Assembly: GCA_039026595.1 (NCBI GenBank)
Contig: JBCCMA010000001.1
Coordinates: 24,740-88,739 of the forward strand
Source: Pseudomonadota bacterium
GTDB taxonomy: Bacteria > Pseudomonadota > Gammaproteobacteria > Steroidobacterales > JBCCMA01
DNA length: 64,000 nt
Direction: 5' to 3'
The position numbers were made by a program, and so were the translations under genes. Below the pieces are notes generated by a model. That model did not search any database. It was not told where the DNA came from and was given only the letters and a program-made list of their open reading frames with translations. Positions within the stretch are counted from its first letter, which is position 1; each line of letters begins with the position of its first letter. This document shows, one piece after another, positions 21,153-29,557 of the stretch.

Positions 21153-21196
21153 TGTCAGTCTACGCTGACGCTTCGAGTTGTCAACTACTGCTGACA
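21153..21196 (-). promoter_or_regulatory. bchC promoter with tandem PpsR/CrtJ operators
   Basis: The perfect site is TGTCAACTACTGCTGACA (21179-21196). A one-mismatch site, TGTCAGTCTACGCTGACG (21153-21170), lies exactly 8 bp away. On the minus strand these contain TTGACA (-35; plus-strand 21179-21184) and TAGACT (-10; plus-strand 21157-21162) with a 16-nt spacer, about 50 nt upstream of the bchC ATG. Confidence 0.75.
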
Positions 21197-21199
21197 TTG

Positions 21200-22444
21200 T
21201 CACGTATCTACCTGACATGACAGCACTCGGGCCAGCATCGGGATCGTCGTTTTGTGCATGACCGGGGCACGGAAACCGGCCCGCCGCAGAAGACCGGCGA
21301 GCTCGTCGGGAGTCCGCGGGCGCCCGGTGCCCATCGCCCGTAGATAGACCCGGAAATACGCATCACCCATACGCCGCGCCTCGCGTGTGCCGGCCATCGG
21401 CTCGGCGATCAAAATCGCGCCACCTGGCGCCAGCGCATCACGAATACGCTCAAGCAGTCCGAGGACGGTGTCGTCGTCGTGATCGTGCGCAATGCGAACC
21501 AGGGAAATCAGATCATGCCCTTGCGGCAAAGCATCGCGCCGAAAATCACCGCCGTGCACGGAGGAGCGCGCCGCAAGACCGGCATCGGCCAGCGATTGTC
21601 TCGCCAGATCGGCCACGGGCGGCAAATCAAACAGCGACAACTCAAGATCAGGCGCCGCCACCGCTACTGCGCGCAGGAACGCGCCGCTGCCACCGCCCAC
21701 ATCCAGAAGACGACGGAAACGCCGGAAATCGAAAGCGTCGATCACCTGCTCGGCCACCATAGGCTGGGACGCTGCCATCAGGTCCGAATAGCGTGTCGCC
21801 GCATCCCGTGACAGCCCGTCTCCACCTGCATAAGGCCAGTACGCATTGAGCGCCGCGTGATCCGTATCGCCGCGCATCAGCGCGACCGGATCCACCAGAT
21901 CGCGGTAAAGGTGTTCGTGGTGATGAACCATCGCCTGCAGCGACGCATCCTCCATCATCACGACACCCAAACGCCCCGCCACGTACTCGCCGTCGCCCAC
22001 CGGACTCAAGAGATCAAGGGAAGCGGCCGCGCGAAGAAGGTCTGACCACGCGAGTTCGTCAAGGCCGCCATGGCCGGCAAGGCGATCGCTACGCAGCGGT
22101 CCCGATCGAAGACGGTCGAATACATCCAGCCGCACGCACGCCATCAGAATTTGTGAATACGCAAAGCCAGCGATCAGATCGAACAGCTCGCTGGCCTGCC
22201 TTTGCGCAATGCGCCGGGTGGGCCAGAAGCGATGGGCCGCTCGACGAAACCTTGGACTCGCAAGGAGCCGGTTGCGAAAAGCAAGCCAGCGGCGATGGAG
22301 CCCCGACGGGGCCACATGCGCATCGGCCGGTTCAAACAGATGTTGCAATGGAATCAGGCGGCGGCGATGCGCAGCAACGCCATGTCCATGAATCGATCGG
22401 ATTCGTGGCGAATCTGTTGCCGCAACTCGCGCTCGCCCGGACAC
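21200..22444 (-). CDS. crtF: hydroxyneurosporene / demethylspheroidene O-methyltransferase
   Basis: The N-terminal region reads WLAFRNRLLASPRFRRAAHRFWPTRRIAQRQASELFDLIAGFAYSQIL. The class-I SAM motif is RLLDVGGGSGAF. The start is uncertain because the ORF overlaps the crtE 3' end by 91 nt, so the true start is probably downstream. Confidence 0.88.
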   Translation of the reverse strand: MSGRARVAATDSPRIRSIHGHGVAAHRRRLIPLQHLFEPADAHVAPSGLHRRWLAFRNRLLASPRFRRAAHRFWPTRRIAQRQASELFDLIAGFAYSQILMACVRLDVFDRLRSGPLRSDRLAGHGGLDELAWSDLLRAAASLDLLSPVGDGEYVAGRLGVVMMEDASLQAMVHHHEHLYRDLVDPVALMRGDTDHAALNAYWPYAGGDGLSRDAATRYSDLMAASQPMVAEQVIDAFDFRRFRRLLDVGGGSGAFLRAVAVAAPDLELSLFDLPPVADLARQSLADAGLAARSSVHGGDFRRDALPQGHDLISLVRIAHDHDDDTVLGLLERIRDALAPGGAILIAEPMAGTREARRMGDAYFRVYLRAMGTGRPRTPDELAGLLRRAGFRAPVMHKTTIPMLARVLSCQVDT

Positions 22445-23229
22445 GCCGGAATGGAACTGGCCACATTCTCGAGCAAGCCTTCGAGATACTTCTCAGATTC
22501 ACGCATACCGCGCTGGAGAACGGAATTGGGACGAACGAGATCAGAGTCCTGGCCGACCGGTTTGCCGATCTCTTCGGGGTCCGCTGTGACATCGAGGATG
22601 TCGTCGACCACCTGATAGGCCTCGCCAAGGCCCTGCCCGAGCGGTGCCCAGCCGTCTACCGCGGCGCCGGCCGAGGCGGCGCCAATCTCCGTCGCAGCGA
22701 CAAACAGCGCACCGGTTTTCTGGCGCTGATAACGATCAAGCGTGGGGCTGTCCTCACACTCCCACGCCTGACCCGCGGCGATGCCTGTGGGCGCGCCGAT
22801 GCCGCGCGATAACGCCAGCAGCATCGTCGGGAGGCGCGACGGACAGTCGCGGGCCGCTCTGGCGAGGGTGTCGAACGCCATCACAATCAAGGCATCGCCG
22901 ACCAACACGGCGAGGCGCTGGCCGAAGGCCACATGGAGCGCTGGTTTACCCCGGCGGGTCGCAGCGTCGTCAAAACACGGCAGATCGTCGTGCACGAGCG
23001 ACGCGCAGTGAATCAGTTCCACGGACGCGGCGGCGGCCACAGAAACAGCCGGTCGGTCGGTCGCGCAGGCCTGCGCAACAGCAAGAGAGAGCTTGGGACG
23101 AATCCGGGCGCCGCCCGGAAAAAGCGCGTACTCGAGCGCCTCCTGGAAGCGCGGCGGGCAATCATCATGGTGCGCACGGTCGACGGCACCCCGCAGGCAG
23201 TCCTCTACCTGTGTTGCTGCTGTGTCCAT
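22354..23229 (-). CDS. crtE: geranylgeranyl diphosphate synthase
   Basis: Polyprenyl synthase aspartate-rich motifs are present (LVHDDLPCFDD and the second motif VVDDILD). ORF 22354..23292. The ATG at 23229 has AGGGGAG 6 nt upstream and leaves the PpsR box in the promoter region. Confidence 0.9.
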   Translation of the reverse strand: MDTAATQVEDCLRGAVDRAHHDDCPPRFQEALEYALFPGGARIRPKLSLAVAQACATDRPAVSVAAAASVELIHCASLVHDDLPCFDDAATRRGKPALHVAFGQRLAVLVGDALIVMAFDTLARAARDCPSRLPTMLLALSRGIGAPTGIAAGQAWECEDSPTLDRYQRQKTGALFVAATEIGAASAGAAVDGWAPLGQGLGEAYQVVDDILDVTADPEEIGKPVGQDSDLVRPNSVLQRGMRESEKYLEGLLENVASSIPACPGERELRQQIRHESDRFMDMALLRIAAA

Positions 23230-23286
23230 CGAAACTCCCCTGCGCTTATCATGGTCGCGACTGTCAATGTTTGTTGTCGCATTAAT

Positions 23287-23304
23287 TGTCATTTAGCATA
23301 GACA
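23287..23304. promoter_or_regulatory. PpsR/CrtJ operator in the divergent crtE / crtC region
   Basis: Perfect TGT-N12-ACA: TGTCATTTAGCATAGACA. It contains a TAGCAT (-10-like) hexamer on the plus strand. Confidence 0.65.
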
Positions 23305-23388
23305 CTAGTGGGCGGCAAGTGCGGCACTCGGCGCGACCCTTCTTGCTGCGATGCAGCGAATCAGGCCTAAGGATCGGCGGCAAACGCA

Positions 23389-24306
23389 ATGCATTTTCCA
23401 GTCTTCGACACGGGGGTACCCGACGGCGGGTATAAGTGGTGGTACGTGGACGGCACGAGCGCCGACCATCGGCATCACATCGTGATGATTGCGTTTGTGG
23501 GCAGCGTGTTCTCACCCCATTACTTCCGGGCACTCCGCCGTTCGGCCGCCCCGGCAGAGCGGTATTGCGCGTTTAATCTCGGGGTGTACTCCAAAGGCCA
23601 ACGCCGCTGGGTGCTCTCCGAATACAACGAGAGCCAGATCAGCCGAGACACCAACACATTCGCGCTCGGCACAAATCGACTGCACTTTGACGGCACGCGC
23701 CTGCACATCGAGATTTGTGACCGCGCGGTACCAATACCGCGATCCGTGACCGGCCGCATCACCGTCACACCGACTTGCGTTACAAACGACCCGCTTACGC
23801 TCGACGACGAAGGGCAGCAGAAGTGGTGGCCATATGCCCCGCGAACTCGCCTTGATGTGGCCCTGACCGATCCGGCGTTGCGATGGCAAGGTCAGGGCTA
23901 CTTCGATGCCAATTCAGGCACCGTCCCGCTTCCGGTTTCCTTTCGCAAGTGGCATTGGAGCCGTCAACACATCGGTAACGCCACGCGCATCACGTACCAC
24001 ACCACTCCGAAATCCCACGCGGGCAAATCCATGTCGATGGTGATACACAAGGATGGCCGGCTTGAGCACGCTGAGCCGCTTGAGCAATACGAACTGCCAC
24101 GCGGCCTGTGGGGCATGCGACGTCCAATCGCCGCGGCGGAACCACCGACCCTTATTCAGACACTCGAAGACACGCCCTTCTACACACGATCGATCGTTGC
24201 CGCACCGAAGTCCGCGAAGGCCCTTACCATGCACGAAAGCCTGTCGCTGGACCGGTTCGTGCAACCCTGGGTGCAGCGCCTGCTGCCGTTCCGGACGCGG
24301 CGCTGA
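23389..24306 (+). CDS. crtC: acyclic carotenoid 1,2-hydratase (hydroxyneurosporene synthase)
   Basis: The N-terminus FDTGVPDGGYKWWYVDGTSADHRHHIVMIAFVGSVFSPHYF matches the CrtC signature (GGY.WWY.D..S.D....I.F.GSVFSP.Y). Confidence 0.9.
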   Translation: MHFPVFDTGVPDGGYKWWYVDGTSADHRHHIVMIAFVGSVFSPHYFRALRRSAAPAERYCAFNLGVYSKGQRRWVLSEYNESQISRDTNTFALGTNRLHFDGTRLHIEICDRAVPIPRSVTGRITVTPTCVTNDPLTLDDEGQQKWWPYAPRTRLDVALTDPALRWQGQGYFDANSGTVPLPVSFRKWHWSRQHIGNATRITYHTTPKSHAGKSMSMVIHKDGRLEHAEPLEQYELPRGLWGMRRPIAAAEPPTLIQTLEDTPFYTRSIVAAPKSAKALTMHESLSLDRFVQPWVQRLLPFRTRR

Positions 24307-24315
24307 CGGATCAAT

Positions 24316-24975
24316 TCAGAACTGCCATCCGACCCCGACCGTGATGGTCAGCGGTGTGTAGTCCGACGTCACGACACGGCTCGTATTCGCCGGAAACTCA
24401 AGTTCGGCACCGGACACGCTCAGATAGCGCGCACCGGCATCAAGATAGAGTTGATCCGACAGCGAGTAGCGCCCGCCCACTTGCAACTGAAAACCGACCT
24501 CATCGGTCTCGAATGATGTCTCCGCCCCACCAACTTCAAAGTCGATATCCACCTCCTGCACGAACACGAGCCCGACCCCGGCATACCACCGCAGGCGATC
24601 GGAGGATGCCACGCCGAAATCCCGCAACACGTTAAAACCGATACTGAATGAGGCGAAGTCACCGCCCGTACTGGCGCCGACACCCTGCAGCGTCACGTCG
24701 TCCAGATCATTGCGCCGGTACAGCACGTCACTCTCCAGACGCCAGCGGGGATTGAGCCTGAATCCAAACGCTACGCCACCGGTGAACGACGCGCCAAAAT
24801 CAGCGTCTGCGCTTGAGGTTGTCATGGCATCGCGATAGTCCAGACGTTGCTCCCCCAGAAATCCGAGGCCAACCGTCGCAGTGGCGTAAAAACCACTTTC
24901 CGAGTCGGCGAGCACCGCGGCCCCGGAAACGGCAAACCAGACAGACAAAGTGACGTGCAAAAATCGTGTGTTCAT
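24316..24975 (-). CDS. small outer-membrane beta-barrel protein (OmpW/OMP_b-brl-like)
   Basis: ORF 24316..25005. The ATG at 24975 gives the signal peptide MNTRFLHVTLSVWFAVSGAAVLA. Strands alternate hydrophobic and polar residues, with Gly/aromatic girdles. The C-terminal beta-signal reads ITVGVGWQF. Confidence 0.75.
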   Translation of the reverse strand: MNTRFLHVTLSVWFAVSGAAVLADSESGFYATATVGLGFLGEQRLDYRDAMTTSSADADFGASFTGGVAFGFRLNPRWRLESDVLYRRNDLDDVTLQGVGASTGGDFASFSIGFNVLRDFGVASSDRLRWYAGVGLVFVQEVDIDFEVGGAETSFETDEVGFQLQVGGRYSLSDQLYLDAGARYLSVSGAELEFPANTSRVVTSDYTPLTITVGVGWQF

Positions 24976-25122
24976 CGTGTGTGTCCTCGCGTATGCGTCA
25001 TTCATGGTTGCAGTGAGCCTTGCACGTGGCCGATTGTCGCAAAAGACTGAAATCGCACAAATTGCACGAACGGCAGGAGCGCTGCACCAACGGTATGGAC
25101 CCGCCCGTGTACACTGCTCGTT

Positions 25123-25953
25123 ATGACGGCTTCCTTCCTGTTCACTCGCCAGCTACTGATGATCGGAGCGGCGCTGACGGTGCTCTTTGCCGTTCTGTCG
25201 CCCGACGCAAGCGCAGGGCTTCCGCTGATTTCCCGACTTCTTTTCTGGGCGGCGCATATCGGGATCGGTCTCAGTATCGCCGTGTTGTGTGCACGCCGTC
25301 TGGCGCTGTGGTTTCCCGCATTGCGCGACTGGCGCCTCATCGCCGCTGCCGGCATTGCCGGCGTCGTCGTCTTTGCACCGTGCGCCCTTTTGCTGGAGTG
25401 GCTGTTTCCCGTTCTTGAAGCCGTTGATGAGCGGGGCTGGCTCGATCAGGTCGCAGGGACCTCCACTCTAGCTGCCGTTGTTGTCGAAGGCATCGAGCTC
25501 GCGCCCTCGTATCTGGCAGCGTGGTGCCTGATCAACGCGGCGCCCATTGCGTTCACGCAACGGCGAGAGAACAATGATCCGAAGAGCACGCAAGCTCAGG
25601 CACCGTTGGAAGATTCCTCCGATCCGGCGAGCTCTTTTTTAGCTCGACTTCCACCGGCTATCGGTCGTGATCTCGTTTCCGTGTCGTCAGATCTCCATTA
25701 TCTGAACGTCGTGACGATGCGGGGTCGGGCCATGATTCTTGGCGCAATGCAGGATGTCGAAACGGCCTTTGGCAAACGCGGACTGCGTGTTCACCGATCG
25801 CACTGGGTCCATAATGACGCGGTGGTCAGGGTGTGGCGGACATCGCCAAGCTGGCAAATTGAGCTGGCAGATGGCTCCCGTGTCCCGGTCAGCCGACGCA
25901 AACGCGCAGCTGTTATTGCCCAACTCGGGCAGGATTTCTGCCGTGACAAATAG
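25123..25953 (+). CDS. membrane-anchored LytTR-domain DNA-binding protein (one-component regulator)
   Basis: The N-terminal ~150 aa hold 4-5 predicted TM helices. The C-terminal LytTR domain reads SDLHYLNVVTMRGRAMILGAMQDVETAFGKRGLRVHRSHWVHNDAVV...ADGSRVPVSRRKRAAV. Confidence 0.8.
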   Translation: MTASFLFTRQLLMIGAALTVLFAVLSPDASAGLPLISRLLFWAAHIGIGLSIAVLCARRLALWFPALRDWRLIAAAGIAGVVVFAPCALLLEWLFPVLEAVDERGWLDQVAGTSTLAAVVVEGIELAPSYLAAWCLINAAPIAFTQRRENNDPKSTQAQAPLEDSSDPASSFLARLPPAIGRDLVSVSSDLHYLNVVTMRGRAMILGAMQDVETAFGKRGLRVHRSHWVHNDAVVRVWRTSPSWQIELADGSRVPVSRRKRAAVIAQLGQDFCRDK

Positions 25954-25968
25954 TGTGCGAGCGCGGGC

Positions 25969-26931
25969 TCAGCCCCGTGTCAGTGTACGCCCCGGAAATG
26001 CCGCCTCCACCAGAAACGCGACCTCTTTCAACGGCGGCGCGTAGTCCCGCGCGCGCGGTCGCAAGGTGGAGATCAGCGCCCGGATCAGCCGCACGGACTT
26101 GCGGCTTTGGCTCACGACTGCCCGGTAGTCCACCGAGTTCAGTCCGTTGCGCTCGATCTTTCTGCCGATATCCGAGTAAATCCAGCGCGCGGCGTTGATG
26201 CCGGGTCGACAGCCCACCGGCAACTGCGCGATACCGCTAGCCGATCGCCGATAAAGGACATCTGCGGCATCAAGCAGCGACTGAACCACTTCACCGACCG
26301 CGGGGGTCCATACCGGCTTGCGCAACCAGGCCTCGTGATCAATACCCTGCGCTTCCATCAGATCGAGTGGCAGATAGAGACGGCCTGCGCGGGCGTCCTC
26401 GCCAACGTCCCGACAGATGTTGGTGAGCTGCATCGCCACGCCAAGGTCACAGGCCCGGGCCAGAATATCCGGTGAGCGCACACCCATCAGCATCGCCATC
26501 ATGGCGCCGACCGTGCCCGCGACCCGCGCTGCGTAGTCGTACACTTCCGATACGGTATGGCATCGCCGACCGGCCACGTCCCATTCAAAACCCTCGATCA
26601 AGGCCTCGGGCAGCGCCTGCGGAATCCGGAACACGCGCACAACATTCGACAACGCACGGTCGGCAGGACACGCCAGCGGGTACCCCTCGTACAAACGCTC
26701 AAGTCGGTTACGCAACTCAGCGATGGCATCTTCATGCGTGGCGCCCTGGTCCACAGCATCGTCCGCAAGCCGGCAAAAAGCGTACAGGGCCGAAGCCGGA
26801 TCGCGCACTTCACGCGGCAAGAGCAATGAGGCAGCGAAAAACGAATGCGACCCCACGCGAAGCATCTGGCGACACGCGGTGATGTCTTTCTGGTAGGTAT
26901 CACGGACGTTGGGAGCGAGGGTCTTCATCAT
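25969..26931 (-). CDS. crtB: phytoene synthase
   Basis: The squalene/phytoene synthase signatures SHSFFAASLLLPREVRDPASALYAFCRLADDAVD and MQLTNICRDVGEDARAGRLYLP are present. Confidence 0.93.
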   Translation of the reverse strand: MMKTLAPNVRDTYQKDITACRQMLRVGSHSFFAASLLLPREVRDPASALYAFCRLADDAVDQGATHEDAIAELRNRLERLYEGYPLACPADRALSNVVRVFRIPQALPEALIEGFEWDVAGRRCHTVSEVYDYAARVAGTVGAMMAMLMGVRSPDILARACDLGVAMQLTNICRDVGEDARAGRLYLPLDLMEAQGIDHEAWLRKPVWTPAVGEVVQSLLDAADVLYRRSASGIAQLPVGCRPGINAARWIYSDIGRKIERNGLNSVDYRAVVSQSRKSVRLIRALISTLRPRARDYAPPLKEVAFLVEAAFPGRTLTRG

Positions 26932-27821
26932 TTCTGGTCCTTCGTCAGGGACGCCGCGCCGCGGGTCAGCGCGTTGTGCACATGAGCCGCCACACCGGGC
27001 CCGTCTTCCTCGTGGGCGAGATGGCCAAGCGGACCGAGCGAATGCGCGGTGCCGGACGACACCCGGACAACGGTTTCACTGGCCTGGTGCGGGGGAACGG
27101 TGGTGTCGCGCTCACCGAAAAAAAACGTCGTCGGCGCCGTCAACTCGTCGAGCCGCACGCGCATGGGCCACAGGTCCCAGCTCGCCATCATTCCAAGCGT
27201 GGCTCTGATATGCCCTGGCTGGCCAAACAAGTGTCGGTAACCGGAAAGAAACACGTCGTCGATGCGCGAGCTTGTGCTATCCAATACGCGCTCAACCGCG
27301 CCGGGTGACTCGGCGCGCCCGGCGATCATGCGGGCGACCGCGCCATTGCCGGCCAACGATCGAGCCAACGGCCCAAACCACTGCCCAATCGGGCCACCGA
27401 ACGGAACAAAGGCCCCGTTCAATGACGCAATGGGCACATCGGCGGGCAAATGGTCCAGCATCAGCTGAACGCAAACCGCCGCGCCCGCTGAGTGTCCGAC
27501 AAGGCCCGAGGGCACCCAGTCCTTGACCGCCAACGCGTCGGCCAGCGCCGAAGCCATGCCGGGCAGGGTGAGCGCGTGATCCGCCTTCAGCCGGCTTCGC
27601 GCATGGCCCGGTAAATCGAACGACACCACTTCGTAGCGATCTGCCAGAGCGGGCGCGAATGTTCGCCACGAATGGGTCGACGAACCCGTCCCGTGAAGCA
27701 AAACGATTAACGGTCCGGCGCCGATGGACTCTGCATGCCAGTCCACGGTTTCGGTGGGAATGGTAAAGACCTGCCTTTCACAGGCGTCCAGCGATTGCAG
27801 GCGACGGGCGTGAGAGGTCAT
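26928..27821 (-). CDS. bchO: alpha/beta-hydrolase BchO (Mg-chelatase accessory protein)
   Basis: LIVLLHGTGSSTHSW and the nucleophile elbow VGHSAGAA. It lies after bchD and overlaps both neighbours by 4 nt. Confidence 0.85.
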   Translation of the reverse strand: MTSHARRLQSLDACERQVFTIPTETVDWHAESIGAGPLIVLLHGTGSSTHSWRTFAPALADRYEVVSFDLPGHARSRLKADHALTLPGMASALADALAVKDWVPSGLVGHSAGAAVCVQLMLDHLPADVPIASLNGAFVPFGGPIGQWFGPLARSLAGNGAVARMIAGRAESPGAVERVLDSTSSRIDDVFLSGYRHLFGQPGHIRATLGMMASWDLWPMRVRLDELTAPTTFFFGERDTTVPPHQASETVVRVSSGTAHSLGPLGHLAHEEDGPGVAAHVHNALTRGAASLTKDQK

Positions 27822-29557
27822 GATCTCGCCCCGCTCTGGTCGCCGCCCACCGCGCCGGCGAGCGCGCCGGCGTCTGCATAGGGCAGAGGCAAATAGCGAG
27901 CGCCGAGTGCGTCAGCGATGCGACGCGCCCGGTCGCGCGGGCGGCGAGATGTGTCAATCACAATGCTTGGCACATCGAGCACTTGATATTCCCAAGCCGC
28001 GGACAACGCATGCTCAGTCGCATCCGGGTGTCCGGGGACACCATCTCGGCCGACATTACCGTGGCCGTCGGTCAGAAAAATAACCTGCGCCTTTTCCGAT
28101 GCGCGGCGCAGCTGTTCGCAAAGATCACGTGTCACATCGATGGCATCGGCCAGCGGTGTTGCGCCGCCGCCGGGCAAGTCCGCGAGACGACGCCGCGCGC
28201 GTGTCAATGACCGCGTGGGTTCGAGCAACACCTCGGCATGGTCCCCACGAAACGCCACCACGGCGACCCGCGCACGCGTGACGTAGCACTCTGCCAGCAA
28301 CAGTTCGACAGCGCCTTTTACTTCCGCGAGACGGCGAGCTGCGGACGAGCCAGACGCGTCCACGACAAACACAGTGGTCATCCTGGTGCGCGGTTTGTAG
28401 CGCGTGACTCGGAAATCCTCGGGTAACACCCGCAAACGACCGTTTGCCGACGCCCGAAGCCGCTGCCAGGGAGCGGCCGCCTTGACTGTGGCCAGAACAT
28501 TCAGCTTCTGCGATCCCAACCGATTGACCGGACGGACGCCGACCGGTCGGCCGCGATCCGGCTGCGGTGCTTTGCCGCTCGGGCTGCGTCCTTTGTGACC
28601 ACCGCCGAGCCCGCCGTCAGCGAGGGATTTCAACAAATGTTCCGGCAGAACAGCGGTGACCGCTTCAACAACCTGATCATGCAAGCGAGTGGCAACGCCG
28701 TCGCCCTCATCCTGATGATCATCACGCGGCGCGTCGTCTTCCGGGGCCGGTTGCTCTGGCTCGACGTCCGCCTCCGGGCATGGTGGAAGCTGTCGGACCC
28801 GATGCGCGAGGACCAGCTGGCACGCCAGCATAATGTCTTCATTCGCGACCTCATCCGACGCGCGACGTGCCGCCAGCGCCCGTGCCGCCGCCGCGGTCTG
28901 TATTGCGGCGCGCAGCGAGAAGATACCGAGCGACATCGCCGCTGCGTTGATGGTGGTCAACGTGTCATCGGTGATTTCCAGCGATGCGAATCGTTCCCGA
29001 GCGGCATCAAGCTCGGCCGGTGCCCAGTCCGAGGTCGGCAAGTAGCGCAGATTGGCGTCCAGCGTAAAGGCCAGTCGATCAGCCAGCGCCGGGGCCAGAC
29101 ACTCGTCTGGCTCAAGACTCTCATCCAGCGCCACGACAATGGGCGAGCACGGCACAATGGCCGAACGCCCCTCACGTTCAATGGTGAGCTGCTGGGCATC
29201 CATGGCCTGGCAGACCAGCGCTACGAAATGACCGCTCAAGCGTTCAGCCATGGAGAGCACAAGCAGTCGGTTGTGCGCCATTTCCAGTAGACCGGACTGG
29301 TATACCGGGCGCTGCGCCTGCAGCGTGGTGGCGATATCCAGTCCGCCCAGCAAGCGATCTTCCGATGCACCGATCGGTACGCGCACGGGCGTGTCCATCG
29401 CGGCCGCCAACCGGTCGAGGATCAGATCCCGACCGGGGCCCGGCAATCCGCGTACGGCCACCCCGCCGAACGACGCCGGGGCGATGGCCAGCAAATCAAT
29501 AATGGTTAAAGGCGTCTCGACCTGTGCGTCGGAAACCGTTTCAGCGGCCGCGCTCAT
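27818..29557 (-). CDS. bchD: magnesium chelatase subunit D
   Basis: An N-terminal AAA-like half, an acidic/Pro-rich linker (EADVEPEQPAPEDDAPRDDHQDEGD) and a C-terminal vWA domain with MIDAS (VFVVDASGSSA). Confidence 0.93.
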   Translation of the reverse strand: MSAAAETVSDAQVETPLTIIDLLAIAPASFGGVAVRGLPGPGRDLILDRLAAAMDTPVRVPIGASEDRLLGGLDIATTLQAQRPVYQSGLLEMAHNRLLVLSMAERLSGHFVALVCQAMDAQQLTIEREGRSAIVPCSPIVVALDESLEPDECLAPALADRLAFTLDANLRYLPTSDWAPAELDAARERFASLEITDDTLTTINAAAMSLGIFSLRAAIQTAAAARALAARRASDEVANEDIMLACQLVLAHRVRQLPPCPEADVEPEQPAPEDDAPRDDHQDEGDGVATRLHDQVVEAVTAVLPEHLLKSLADGGLGGGHKGRSPSGKAPQPDRGRPVGVRPVNRLGSQKLNVLATVKAAAPWQRLRASANGRLRVLPEDFRVTRYKPRTRMTTVFVVDASGSSAARRLAEVKGAVELLLAECYVTRARVAVVAFRGDHAEVLLEPTRSLTRARRRLADLPGGGATPLADAIDVTRDLCEQLRRASEKAQVIFLTDGHGNVGRDGVPGHPDATEHALSAAWEYQVLDVPSIVIDTSRRPRDRARRIADALGARYLPLPYADAGALAGAVGGDQSGARS

